Assembly: GCF_018977255.1 (NCBI RefSeq) | Contig: NW_024704742.1 | Coordinates: 17,300,001-17,364,000, forward strand | Origin: Callorhinchus milii | Taxonomy: Eukaryota | Direction: 5' to 3' | DNA length: 64,000 bases | In this document: piece after piece, positions 1-12,870 of the stretch | How the letters are laid out: the number at the start of each line of letters is the position of its first letter | Numbering within the stretch: position 1 is the first letter of the stretch | The notes under the pieces: model-generated | Told to the model about the DNA's origin: nothing | The model's database searches: none | The model's input: only the letters and a program-made list of their open reading frames with translations | Translations under genes and position numbers: made by a program

Positions 1-427
1 GCCACTGCACAATATTTAGCCGTTTCCTTGTTTTCCTTTTCACAAGGTTTGTGTGTGATTGTTTATCCGTGGCAACCGCAACAAAGTACTGCATTGCCTT
101 ATGCAATACCTTCAAGTCTATTTTACCTGACCTATGTCAGTGTTTCTCTATATCAACTTTTAGAAGTCAAATCCTACGCCAGGCTTCATTCCAGCATGAC
201 TCGCTGATGGCTGTAATGTAGCTCCTTTCCATGTAGTGCTTCTGTTCCAAGTGCAAATCATCGTAATCTTCTATTCCTGTTGACAAGACATGGCTGTCTG
301 GCCTCTTCCACACTGCTCTAAATGCTCGCTGCTAATGTGCCAATTAGCAAGGAAGTGCTAAAAAGTTGAGCTACTTCATGAAATAACCATTTCATCGCAG
401 AATCCAGTCTTCACTGCGCATGTTCAG
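1..427 (-). other. KLHL2: KLHL2 3' UTR (probably continues beyond the window edge)
   Basis: Unique sequence downstream of the stop codon; no AATAAA seen on the minus strand in 1-427. Confidence 0.75.
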
Positions 428-456
428 TCATAAAGGCTTGTCAATCACTGTAACAC
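428..456 (-). CDS. KLHL2: KLHL2 exon 15 coding part (GVTVIDKPL*)
   Basis: Pyrimidine tract plus TAG acceptor at 459-457; TGA stop at 430-428. Confidence 0.95.
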
Positions 457-1361
457 CTAGAGGGGAGACAGAAATGGTCTCAGTTATCAGGAGTCTTGGG
501 CAGAGCCAACGTGGGAGGCAGTTTCTCAAAGAATGGCGGAATGAACTGCAAGTAGAATTTTCACATCGACAAAATGGGGGAGGGAGTGGGGGGGGGGGCA
601 GAAACAAGCAGTTGCAGAGACAAAACATTCACAGAGTTGTGGAAGCAGAATATCAGAAACCCCATTCACAAATGTATACAGAGACAAGACATCAATACAC
701 TGGGGCCCCATTCATAGAACTGTAGAGTCCCATTCACACAGGAGACAGGACACTGGAGTCCTATTCATACAGCCTGAGTCACAGTGCCAGCTTTCACTGA
801 CATTATAATTCAGCCGATGAGCCTTTAGGTTCTTCAGCCTGACAGAGCACCTTGCAAAGGCACAGCACTCCATCCTCGGGGGAGGAAATAAGGGGCATTT
901 GTTGTAAACTGATGCAACATATCAACCAAGCACAGGACAGCCATGGTCAGGACATCCTGCACTCCAGCTCATGGACAACTGTGCGGTGCAAAGGAACCTG
1001 CATTTGGAATTGTGAGGGTTGTCCAGCTCCAGCAAGAACAGCATAAAGTTACATTCAGACTTGCAGAGTCCCATCAGGAAATTCTCATCCACCAAACCAC
1101 AACTTAAAACACAAAACACTGATTTATTCTACCCAGACAATGATATTGGCACCAATATCTTTTTTTAGATCAAAAAGATGCAATGGGCTGTTAGGGCTGT
1201 AGAGGGCACTCTTCCACACAAATACAGAAAATGTTTCAAATCGAGTCTTCTAAAGGTGTGGCTTATCAGCTAATTCCAAGGAATTCGCTACTGCTAAAAA
1301 AGTAAAATCTATTGTGAAAATGGTTATATTCAGTTTGAAAGGAAAAAAATCAGCGAATTAC

Positions 1362-1505
1362 CTGCATAACTTCTTCCTGTGCTCATACACTGTGGTAGAA
1401 GTAGCCATTTATCTAACACTGGGTTGTAATATTCCACGGATGCAAGGTTACAGGAACCATCATCTCCCCCGACGACGTACAATAGACCATTCACTGTGCA
1501 CACTG
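1362..1505 (-). CDS. KLHL2: KLHL2 exon 14, Kelch (AVCTVNGLLYVVGGDDGSCNLASVEYYNPVLDKWLLLPQCMSTGRSYA)
   Basis: 144 nt using the proximal AG, or 141 nt (start 1502) using the distal AG of the AAGCAG tandem acceptor. Confidence 0.93.
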
Positions 1506-1591
1506 CTTCAGGGGGGGAAAAAAAACAAGTCAACCCACGCGTGGACAGCGTGTGTAAATCTACTAATAGATTCTTGGCTCACGCATCCTAC

Positions 1592-1732
1592 CTGCATTCC
1601 TCCTGCACATGTTCATGTCTGCAACCTGCTTCCAGGAGTTTAAAGAAGCATCGTACATTTCCACACTTTTCCTCACCAGTGGGCCATCGTGACCTCCAAC
1701 AGCATAGAGCAAACCGTTCAACACTCCCACCC
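1592..1732 (-). CDS. KLHL2: KLHL2 exon 13, Kelch (GVGVLNGLLYAVGGHDGPLVRKSVEMYDASLNSWKQVADMNMCRRNA)
   Basis: AG/GT boundaries, 141 nt; followed by an 86-nt intron. Confidence 0.97.
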
Positions 1733-3424
1733 CTGCAGCAAAACAAGCAATTTCCACTGATCAACCTTCAATTGCAGAAAGATTGACAAGCTGTACATCG
1801 ATTTTCAAACCGTCAAGAACTCAACCGAATGAACACTGCACCATTACTGCTTAAAACTCATCGAATAAAATAGAAATCGAGTGGACAGCGAATTTGAAAC
1901 ACTCCAAAATAAAATCACACAAACACACATTTGAAAATGTAAAAGATTAATCTTTGAGGATGGAGACTTCATAAAAGAGAGTCATTTTAAAGAGAATACA
2001 GTGATAGCTTATTGATTTTCAATTGATTTATTTCAATTCATAATGACCACTTTAAAATTATTTGTATTTTTTTTTAAATGGAGGACCAAGTAATGGGTTT
2101 TGCTATAAATTTGTGTCCACTTTGCATATGCATTTGGCTATCGACTTAACTAAAGAACAAAAAAGAGTCACTACACATCGCCGTATATCCTGTAAATGTT
2201 TTGAGATATCCCTTGACATGAAAGGCACTATATCAAATGCCAGATTATTAATGGAACACACCATAAAAATGCCACAAATTAGCAGGATTCAAGGCAACAT
2301 TGAGCAGGATTACTGAAGAGCATTCACGAGGCATTACATTTTGAAACTAATCAATGTTTGGAAATCACGCCTTTGCGTTTGCTCCCAGGGAGTAAACCTT
2401 CTCAGTAAAACATTTCTGTAAACACTATTTCCTTCCTGACACCGTTACACATTCTCTCGTGTATCAATAACGTGTGCTGGAAATTAGTGGCGATGAAGTA
2501 ATTACTCCAGGGTATTTAAAATACTGCCCAGCAATGGAACAGTAAAATCAAATAAAAAATCTTAACTGGTAGAGAACATCTTTTTTTGTTGCTTTGTGCA
2601 TATCTGACAGTCAGATGTCTCCTTGAGCCAGGGAGATAGATACTCCGTTGGCATCAGGTCTATGCATGCCAGGATACAGCACTACAGGGAATCCCGGAGA
2701 CTGGCTTTGGAGGCTGGCCCAGCTGGCAACTGGTAGATGCCCATCCCAAGATGACTAGCAGCTGGGAATGCTTCCTGACTACTGTCCAACAAACAGGATT
2801 CCCTGCAGAACGTTCCCCAAAGTACCCACCAGTGCAGTGCTGCTCCCTGGTGCAAAGTGAAGCCCCCAAATAGAAGATCTCCACAGGCTGAACCTACAAG
2901 AACCAAAAGGATATCCTGTGCCAAGCAAGAATAGCTTGCATTTATATGGTGCCTGATCAACATAAACTATCCAAAGGTGCCGTCAAGGTAATTGCTAGTG
3001 TAGTGACTCTATTAGGAACCTATTTATACAACTTGTTTTAAAACCACTACATATGTGGCAAAGTATGTTCTATAAGTATTCTATTTATAGAAATAACACA
3101 CAAAACAGCAGCTTGAACACACTGCATTGAAAATAAAATTTGGTTCAAGAGAAATACTGCAGTGTAAATACAGATTTAAAGTATTGACGTGAAAAAATGA
3201 AAGCCACAAATTATTTTTCTTCAACTGACATGCAAAGGGATACCTTAACAGAAGTAAAAGCTTTTTCAAAGATAAATAAAAAACAAGGTTAGTATTTTCA
3301 AGCAATTCAGAAAGTGGGAAAAATGGGCAATTTGTGTTTTTTCACTCATTTGCTGTAGCGATGAATACATTTATGATGATTCTCAAAAGCTGGGAATGCT
3401 CTGTATCTTATTATCTCCCCAAAC

Positions 3425-3553
3425 CTGCTCCACTCCTTCGGGTGCTCATCTCAGCGATGTAGGTCCATTCATTTTTGTTTGTGTTATAAGCCTCTACAGA
3501 GCTAAGACACTGCCGCGATGCTCCATCATAGCCACCAACTGCGTACAACACGC
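3425..3553 (-). CDS. KLHL2: KLHL2 exon 12, Kelch (GVLYAVGGYDGASRQCLSSVEAYNTNKNEWTYIAEMSTRRSGA)
   Basis: AG acceptor, GTTTGG donor, 129 nt. Confidence 0.96.
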
Positions 3554-5272
3554 CTAGAAAAAAAAACACACCAAAGGACCGTCTTAAGCATCTTTACCTT
3601 GCATCTTCTAGACAGGATTTAAATACTGTACAGTTTGGACAGCAAAGTCTGGGGTAGATTTTCTGATGAGGTAAGGGTTATCCCCACACACAAGATTCTA
3701 CTCATAACAACGACAGACATTTTAAACAATCATTAACTCATTATTTATTGAAAACCAAAAGAATCTCTTTTCCTTTCAGTGAGGTTCTACATCTGAATTA
3801 AGGCAAGCTGCCTCCAACAAGGTGTTGTGACTAAATCCCCCCTCAGCTCTCCTCTGACTCGGTGAGTTCTGAGCTATTGAGCTCTACTGTCCGTGATCCA
3901 GTACCTGGGCTTTCCTGAGTTGCCTGATCTCATTTGAGGGAAGAGGGCAGAATGAATGCAATGTAAGCACAGATTTAAAGACGTGTATTGATATATATAT
4001 ATATAAAAAAACTCAGTGCCCTTCAGTAGGGAGGTGAAAAACAGCCACAGTTCTGTCTTGATTGCTATTCAGTGAGCCCTGCTGTAAGGTGGATGTATGG
4101 CTTTCAACTGAGAATAGGATATGGCTCAGCTGTTATATCACACCTGCCCTCTAGTCAAGTTAGCTTTTCAACTGTTATCTGTGGTGCTGCACCTCAGCAG
4201 AAAATAAATCAAATATCTTCAAGAATGATGGAGAGAAATCAAGGTACTGCTTATGCTGATTTATTTCTTTATTTCTAAACTGAACTACGAGCACAACGGT
4301 GTTTCCCACACCCAGTCAGGAGGGGCAAAGGGGAGGAAAAGGGAAACATCGTAAGCCAAATTTTATGTAGTTCAGGCTTCTGAGAAAGTAAATGGGGTTG
4401 GAAGGAGTTGCAGGTTGGAGTGACGTACTGCCAGATTCCTTAATAAAGGAGTAATTAGAAACTTAGCATGTTTTTGTTTTTCTCCCCCTCACCTCTCCCC
4501 ATTCAGAATAAAAACAAAAACAGATTCCTTAATGAAGGAATCTTATTTGAAATCTCCGCATCGTATTTCCCAGAAACATTAGGCTCTAAAATGTGGTGAT
4601 GGAGCTCAAAATGCTTTATATAAATGTACATTTCCCTCCCCACTTTTAAGTGAAGCAAAGCACTTTGTGTGGAGGGCTGGACTTATTGTATTATTTCTTT
4701 CCCCTTTTCAGCATGCACCCAGTTGTTTTACTGTAAGATAATTGCTCTTTGCAACCCATTTCAGCAGTGACAGGAAATGGAACACAAGGGAATGCATTAG
4801 CAGTACAGAACATAGCGTGACTCTGATATTCCAGTTCAGTAACCATGTAACACTCCCATTGCACTGAAATTATTCCCACTTAGCCTTAGGGTGAACAATT
4901 AAATTACAATGAGAAACTTTGTGTGTTTTATTTTTCTCCCCAATCACCCCATTTAAAACAAAAACATTCAACAGTACAACACACCTGGATGACTAGACTA
5001 TTGTAATGTACAAATTGTTATTAAATCAGCCCAATTTGCTACTGTTATAACTCCTGTTATAGTTATTTTTCTTCACTACCCTAAACCGACCAATTTCACC
5101 CACAAAATACAGTCAATCACTTTACAATATATTCTATGAAGGGCTTTGATACATCTCAACGACGTGATACGGCGCTATATCAAATGCAAGGATTATTATT
5201 ATTTATTATTAGACTCTATAGGACTGGATTTCCATATTTACTTCAATATATAGTTTGCTGAGCTGTACTTAC

Positions 5273-5374
5273 CTCCCACCACACCCACACCAACACTACT
5301 CCTCCTCGTGTTCATTGGGGCCACGTGAAACCATTCATTTGTTTTGACATTGTACACCTCTACAGACGATAAAC
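5273..5374 (-). CDS. KLHL2: KLHL2 exon 11, Kelch (GLSSVEVYNVKTNEWFHVAPMNTRRSSVGVGVVG)
   Basis: AG/GT boundaries, 102 nt; not in the ORF track, translated by hand. Confidence 0.97.
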
Positions 5375-6042
5375 CTGAAAGATACATAAATCAATCTACA
5401 ATGTGCTCACTTCTCACCGGGCAAAGTACTCCAGGATCTGGCCTGATCACAGCACTGTACAAGTTTTATTTAAATAGATTCACATTAATTAATTAAAAAA
5501 CCCAAGTGGGGATTCTTTCCTTCCGGTAACTGGAAGAACAACGCTTCGACTCACGGGAAAGTAAATGGGGTCAGAAGGAGTTACAAGTTGGAATGACGTT
5601 CTTCCAGTTTCTTTATTCAAGGAATTTTATTTGAAATCTCCGTATTTCAGATATACATTGATGCATTTGACTCTCAAATCTGGTGATGTCAAAGGTCAAA
5701 AATGTTCTGTACAATTCATTTATTCCTCCCCACCTGTAAAACCAGCCTTAAGACCTACCTTTGTGACTGCACTTTCATCACATCTCCCACTCCCCCATGT
5801 AAACGTAAAATTATTGTTGTATTACTACACAGTACAAATATTTCTGTTAATTCTCAAGCAGGGCCAGGAATGTTGCTGGATAAATAAAATGAAAGTGTAA
5901 AGCCAGATCTTTTCTATTTTAAAAAAATCCAACTTTTTTTTGAATTGGATTCATAAACATTAAATTGCATACATTAAAAAAGCTACCCAACCCAGTTCAT
6001 TATACACCAGGGAGGCAACTGGGGTTCACAACAAAAACATAC

Positions 6043-6240
6043 CTGTACTTCCGTCAAATCCCCCCACAGCGTAAAGCAATCCATTCAGTACTGCAGCTCC
6101 CAGTGTGCTCCGCCTGTCCTGCATGTTAGCAATGGTCACCCACTGGTCTTTGATCGGATCATACGAATCAGCTGTTCTCACTCTCAAAGAACCATTAAAA
6201 CCTCCAACACCATAAACCAATCCACCCATGCACACCACAC
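6043..6240 (-). CDS. KLHL2: KLHL2 exon 10, Kelch (GVVCMGGLVYGVGGFNGSLRVRT...YAVGGFDGST)
   Basis: AG/GT boundaries, 198 nt, Kelch GG/Y/W motifs. Confidence 0.97.
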
Positions 6241-7081
6241 CTGCAGAGGATATTAGCAGGTTAAAATGCAATTAAAAATCCACAACTGTAAACTTACTGC
6301 AAAATAGGCACTATTATCAGGATTTAACAGCCATCAGGTTGGCTCACTTGATAGCATTCTCATCTCTGGGACAGAATGTAGTGGCCCCTGCAGGGACTGA
6401 AGCTTATTGTGTCATTCAAGTTTAGTGTTGTTTTATTAAAGATGTCATTACTTCAGATGAGGCATTAAAACAAGTTGCCATCTGCCTGTTCAGGTGGACT
6501 TTAAAGATCCCCATAATATCTGAAAAGAGAAGGAAGTTTCTCCTCGTTGTCCCAACCAACAATCCTGCAGGTAACTGGTCAATCAGCACTCAGGTGTCTG
6601 TGAGACATTGCTATGCCCCGAAAGGTGCAGTGTTTGGCTATCAAAAGGCACTACACTTGACTGATTTTAGTGAAGCGCTTTAAGAAGTTTCAACACAATA
6701 AGCACTACATCAAATGCAAGGATTATTGTTATTATATGGAGATTGTTCCTTGCTGAATACACCAGTACCTAATTTTCCCAAGGAGCACTTTTGCAATCCA
6801 ATTGACTTCAATGTTTTGTAGCAGGGCTTTCATAAGCAAAACTCCAAGATATCAGCCAGGGTCTGGAGAATATGAGAAGGGGCATATACAGTGTTCTCCG
6901 AAGGCTACAACAATAGCTAGCAGATTTTTGAGGTTCTTTGATAGCTGTTCATGCGGGACAGCATCTTGGAGCGCTTAACCGAGACGGAGCCTGACACCAA
7001 GCCAGGGGAGGGAAGAAGTAACTGTAAGCACAGTCGAAGAGGAAGTTATTCAAGGGTAATTATTATTCTGAGCCGATCTAC

Positions 7082-7199
7082 CTGCTCGGCACCTCCTGGA
7101 GGGAAGTTCAGCCACTTGGTACCAGCGTTCCTCTGAGAAATCAAAGCACTCCACGCTACGGATGGCTTTTGGTGCCTGGCCGCCCACCACAACCATGAC
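7082..7199 (-). CDS. KLHL2: KLHL2 exon 9, Kelch (VMVVVGGQAPKAIRSVECFDFSEERWYQVAELPSRRCRA)
   Basis: AG/GT boundaries, 118 nt. Confidence 0.97.
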
Positions 7200-7802
7200 C
7201 TGAAAGGTGAAGTGTTGGGTGGTCATGTTCTGCATTTAGAGGCAAAACTACTAGTCTCATTACATTACTTTTGTTTTGGGGGGTTTTTCGTAAAAAAAAA
7301 TATTCCAGCAACACCCACATCGTGAAAATGTGTTCTTCCCTCAGCTAAGCTCATGCAGTTATTCAAGAATATAAGGGAGAGAGAATGGGGGGGAAGAAAC
7401 AAAAAAAATTGTCTCTTTATCAATTGTTAGGATGAGGAAACACACAATATATTACACTATTTTGATATGCAGTCTGGAATGGTTATTAAGGAAACTTGCC
7501 TTAATATCCTGCCCTGATTTTGTCACAAAAATTTATATGGTTTTCTGTAATAGAAGATGCAAGCAGTTATACCATCAATTTAGCCAATCTGGCAATCTAC
7601 AGTATATGATTTGATTCACTCCTAGATAGTTCCTAAGTTGAAAAGTCAAAAGAGGATAATATTTGGCTGATAACGCTTACAGCTGAAGAAAAATAAAAGG
7701 CGGTCGGATATGTGGACACATGAACGCAACAGAACAATTGGTGCTGCAATAATAGGGGCACGTTTTATAAAGTATGAATATTGATAAAGGGTCTTCTCCT
7801 AC

Positions 7803-7952
7803 CTTTGGAATGCTGATGGGAGTTCTTTGTCTTGTTCGTGTTGTTTTCATCGATGCCCGTTGATCAGCAGGAAGCAAATGATACTTCATAGCTTCAATGA
7901 GGTAATCTTTGCATGCATTACTATTTTTTACCAGTGTCTCTTCTTCTACCCT
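7803..7952 (-). CDS. KLHL2: KLHL2 exon 8 (RVEEETLVKNSNACKDYLIEAMKYHLLPADQRASMKTTRTRQRTPISIPK)
   Basis: AG/GT boundaries, 150 nt. Confidence 0.97.
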
Positions 7953-8169
7953 CTGTCAAACAAAGTCAACAGCAGTAAATGCCATAAGTAAATGCTGAAC
8001 AAAGTATAGTACTGTACATTCCTCACACTGCACTTGCGCTTTACCTCTCTTCTCCGTTACCCGAACCCCCTTTTACGGCCTTAATTTTTTTTCTACTCTG
8101 GAAGCATTTATATTCACGCCAACCTCTCCCCTCACAGCCCGTGTTTTAACATCAGTAATTGTGTGTTAC

Positions 8170-8286
8170 CTGCACCAGGTATTCCCGTGTGAGAAGAGGC
8201 AGACGCACGTGCTCCATCAATCGTGCCATGTGCTCCTGCCGGGCTTCCTTGTCATGTCTCACCCAGCCAATGACGGCTTCAAAAAC
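8170..8286 (-). CDS. KLHL2: KLHL2 exon 7, BACK (VFEAVIGWVRHDKEARQEHMARLMEHVRLPLLTREYLVQ)
   Basis: AG/GT boundaries, 117 nt. Confidence 0.97.
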
Positions 8287-8374
8287 CTGATTAAAACAAT
8301 CCAACAGTCAGTTGCTATAGTCATTAACTTTACACTACAGTCAGTTATCTATCTGCATATTACAGTCAGCTGTT

Positions 8375-8449
8375 AATCACCTTCACAATAACAGCCACCT
8401 TCACAATAACAGTCACCTTCACAGTAACAGTCACCTTCACAATACAGTT
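8375..8449. repeat. 18-bp tandem repeat (CAGTCACCTTCACAATAA), about 4 copies
   Basis: Read directly. Confidence 0.9.
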
Positions 8450-8927
8450 AAGTGCTTGCCACTTTCAGGTAATGTTTAGGCTCTGCAACCATCTGCAAAG
8501 CAATTTCTTATAGACACACAATGAACAATGTGTACTTGCGGGGGGGGGGGGGCGCAATCATTCAATAGTCTGTGGCAAGCATCTGAATGCTCAAAATACA
8601 CATGTAGTATTCATCAAGCATTTTGAAACTCCATTGGATAGTTGGGACACAACTGGTTTAATATCCCAGGCCCTGAGATTTCCAAAGGAAACCCAGTCAA
8701 TGATGTTATCTGAGCAGGGAGGGAGGCAACACCCAAATATCTACTTTCAGGTTCAGTTTTGAAAAAAAATCATCTGGCAAATGAACAAGAAATAACAACA
8801 ATAATAATAAATGCACTTGCTATAGCGCTTTCTCACATCCATCTTTAGGTCTTATTTTCCTATCAATCCAATATATTTTAGTTTAATACCAATATCTTTC
8901 TTATGTCAAAACCTGAATTATTTGAAA

Positions 8928-9331
8928 GTGTCAGCCTGGCTCAAGCGTTAGCACTCTCCCCTCTGAGTCAGATGGTCGTTGGTTCAAGGCCCATGTCAGG
9001 ACTTGGAACTCATATAGTCCAGCCTGTCAGTCCAATGCAGTGCTGGGGATACGCTGCATTATCAGAGGTGGTATCCTTTAACTGAGACGTTAAACTGAGG
9101 TCCCATCTGGCTGGCCTTGTGACACTATTCAAAAAGAGCTGAATTTCTTCCACTGTCCTGGCCAATAATCCCCCAATAAAAACAGTTGCTCACTCCATGG
9201 CTTTTTTGTAAAACATTGTTATGTGCACAAAAACACACAATCCCACCACTTTACAGTATATTCTGTGAAGCGCTTTTGGATGCCTTGACAACATGAAAAG
9301 GTGCTATACCAATGCAAAGATTAGTATTATT
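8928..9331 (+). mobile_element. DeuSINE-type SINE; further copies near 6330-6733(+), 12970-13245(+), 18060-18385(+), 47370-47805(+), 56345-56630(-)
   Basis: TGAGACGTTAAACTGAGGTCCCATCTG core and shared tail. Confidence 0.75.
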
Positions 9332-10772
9332 CCATTTGCATTACTGGAAAAGAGATGGAAGTTTCATCCAGTATCCTAGCCAACAATACCCCAGAAAAAA
9401 ATGAGTCATTCACTTTGTGGGAACATTTCTGTTGGCAAATTAGCTGCCACGTTCACCTACAAATACACTCTTCATAGAAAACTGTGCTGTGTTTTGAGAT
9501 GTTTCAACGTGATAAGGAGCTATACCAAATGCAAGAATTATTATTTAATCTGGAAGGACAACCTTTCCAACTGTATTTTTCCCACAGTTCAAATTGACAG
9601 TGTAACAATTTCTCTATCAAGACTAAAATGTATATAAGAGGTTTCCAGCACTGCCAAGGCACAACACTAAATATTTGATAATAATAATCCTTGCATATGA
9701 TATAGCACCTTATCACGTTGTAGAGATGTCTCAAAGCGCTTCACAGAATGTATTGTAAAGTGAATTAACTGTGTATTTTGTGGTGAATAATATAATTATA
9801 TAATTTATAGTTTAAGTCACATATCCAGGTAGAAAGGCCTTAATGTGTACTGCAGCTTTACTGTATTTGTGATGTGGATTCCACTGGAGAATTGGTTACT
9901 AAATAGGTAATTCATATGAAGCTATTCTGCTCTGACCATCAACTGAACAAAGGTTCTCTCACAGCTGTCACCTGTTCAACACCTCGCAATGATGGTGTCT
10001 TGCAATTACAATAGACTGAGAAAGCCAGTGAGACAGATCGTGGTGTAATACAGATCTTCAGTTGTCAGTTTTGCAAAGGAGATGGAAAATCTGGTTCTCT
10101 CCCCTGAAACCCTCCAATAATAAAATTAATGAGGGTATTTATAAAAGAGGTAATGCTGTATTGTTCAAGCATTAAAGCGAAGCGTATTCAACGTTATACC
10201 TTACGCAGTTGAATAGATCAACACACTGCACTGTATTCATATTCTGACGGCCACTGCGCTGCTATAGCAACGAGCAGCCTACAACAAATGACTAATTAGC
10301 AACTCTGCAGCACAACCACCCCGCTCAACACTTCAGCAAGTCACGGATGCAGAAGAGAGGCAATTTACTTCAGAACAGACCCTATGTCATCTTGTCACAT
10401 ATTTAATGGCTGATAATTAACCCCTTCCGCGCCAAGCCACCAGCTCTGTCAATCCTACAGCAGCAGGTCCTCCATAAAAGAACAGGTGTTAAGTAAGGGG
10501 AACGTCATGAATATTCAACAAGATGAAATGAATAAAAAAAAACCTCTCTGTATTTTCCACTTCTTGCCTGGCCCCATCTCCCCAGCACACAATCAGCTCA
10601 TCTGCTGGTGCTGCCACATGCAGATTCTTGCAGCTCAATCTACCTTTTTTCCCCCATAATTTGGATGAATCTCCATCTTTTCTCTAAACTAGCAAACCGC
10701 CCTTCTCCACACCACAAGTGCACTTTAAACACTTCCTCAGTCTTTACTCAGTAATGTCCAGGTTACAACAAA

Positions 10773-11081
10773 AGCTCAGTGGTTAGAGCACTCGCTTTGC
10801 AAGCGAGAGACCTGAGTTCAATTCCAGGCAGAGGGCGAAACCTTGGGCAAGTTTCCTTACTCCACACAGAGCCTAATAATAATCCCTCCAAAACCAAAAC
10901 AATAATAAATTGGTCATTTTCAATCTACGACTGTTTGTGGGACATTGCTGTGCGCAATTGGCTGCCGCGTTCGCCCACAAATATACAGTCAATTCACTTT
11001 ACAGTATATTCTGTGAAGCGCTTTGGGACGTCCTCCCGAAGTGAAAAGCGCTATATCAAATGCAAGGATTATTATTATTAT
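10773..11081 (+). mobile_element. SINE family A
   Basis: Near-identical to the 51110 copy. Confidence 0.93.
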
Positions 11082-12047
11082 AAAAGTAACTTGCATTTAT
11101 ATAGCACCTTTCACATGGGGAAACAGCTCATAAGTGCTTTACAAAGATGGAGTAAGAGCCTGAACAGGATGGGCGTTGGGGGAGGGGGTAGCTATATTTT
11201 TGGAAGGGTTTTGAAAGCAGAGTGGGAGGGTGGGAGGCAGAGGGATAGAGGCAGTTCCAGAGTTCAAGGACAAAGTGGCTAAAAGCATGTCCACAGACAC
11301 TGATTCAAAACTGGCTCCCAAGAGCTTCTCCTCCTGACTCCACATTGTCACTATCCTTGCTCCTCTTCTTTTCTTCATCTAAATGCTCGCCTTGGTGACA
11401 AACCATACTCAAGGGGTCCACTGTCACATGTATACAGCTGACAGCCAGCTCTACATCTCTTGTCCAGCACCGACTCCAGGAATAGTGCTGTTCTGACAAT
11501 ACCTGACAAGAATGATAATATTACTACTATTTACAAAACTAGATTTGCTCTTGTAGAAGACAACATGGACATAACCAAAGCCAATAGTGTGAGAAAAATA
11601 ACTGAAGATGATGCCTAGAGAGGCCAGTCTTAATAGGAAATACTAAATAAAGGTCAGATAAGTTCCTGACAAAAAGTATCCTAAAGGAATCCTCAGATTT
11701 TCTTAAACCATTAAAATGTATTATATCCATCATGTTGAGTGTAACAAAAGAATTAAAATGAGTGCATAGTCTAGGTGCAATAATAGCGGAGCGCTGTATT
11801 ATCTGAAATGGCATCTTTGGGATAACATGTTAAACTGCCTATTCAAATGGACATTAAATATCCCATTTAATCATATGAAAAGAGAAGGCATTTCTCAAAA
11901 TGCTCTAACCAACAATTCCCCAGATCAAATGAGCAAACCCGAATTAATGGATGTCTTACTAGATATCAAGTTAAGAGCTTCTCCACCCCATAACTTAATT
12001 TCAACTTTCAACCAATCTTGCAAAATTAAACTTTTACACTTTTTTAC

Positions 12048-12157
12048 CTTTTCTTCGGAGGAGATTGTGAGCATGTCACTGGCTATCAAGCTGCACACTT
12101 GATCTATGCCAAGGTTGAGGAACTCCTCGCCAAACACTACCTCGGAGAAATGCTGTT
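12048..12157 (-). CDS. KLHL2: KLHL2 exon 6, BACK (EQHFSEVVFGEEFLNLGIDQVCSLIASDMLTISSEEK)
   Basis: AG/GT boundaries, 110 nt. Confidence 0.97.
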
Positions 12158-12480
12158 CTGTTCAAAGAAACAAAGCAAAGAGGGAAAAAAGAAAATTAAT
12201 GCCATTTCACAGAGTACACTAACGGTCACAATAAAACCACAATTGCCTGAATCTCTGTGGACAGCAACCATGGACAGTTAGGTTTAATTGTCCACGAACC
12301 AAGTATATCTGCATCTATTACAGTCCTAGCATGCAAATTAGATACAAACAGGGGAAGAAGGTGGCACCTTTTCACTTGAGATTCCTCAAGTGATTATCTT
12401 TAATTCAAATATCAATGTATTATCTTTAGGTACAGATCAAATAAGATACTGAAGATTTTTCAAAGCCACATTCAAACAAT

Positions 12481-12870
12481 AATAACAATAATAATCCTTG
12501 CATTTGATACAGTGCCTTATCACGTCATTGAGACTTTTCAAAGTCCTTCACAGAATATACTGTAAAGTGAATTCACTGTTTATTTTCTGGGCAAAAGGCG
12601 GCAGCCAATTGCGCACAGCAGTGTCCCACAAACCGTCGTGGATTGAATGACCACTTTTTTTTATATATTTATATTTTTTGAAGGGATTATTACCTCTAGA
12701 AAAGCGATTCACCAATCAACCAACAACCTGGTTCCTACTAACTTCTAGGTAAACAGAGGTGTGTGGAGTAAGGAAACCTTCCTAACATTTCGCCCTGCCC
12801 GGGTATCAATCCCATGTCCTCTCGCTTGCAAGGGAAGTACTTTAACCAATGCGCTATAGAGTGCTACAGG
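12481..12870 (-). mobile_element. SINE family A, longer subfamily
   Basis: Same extra segment as the 22843 copy. Confidence 0.85.

Noticed and set aside
10779..11282. Recurrent ORF MVRALALQ...KCKDYYYY (also at 33430, 50915, 55429)
   Set aside because: Translation of SINE A copies, not a gene family.
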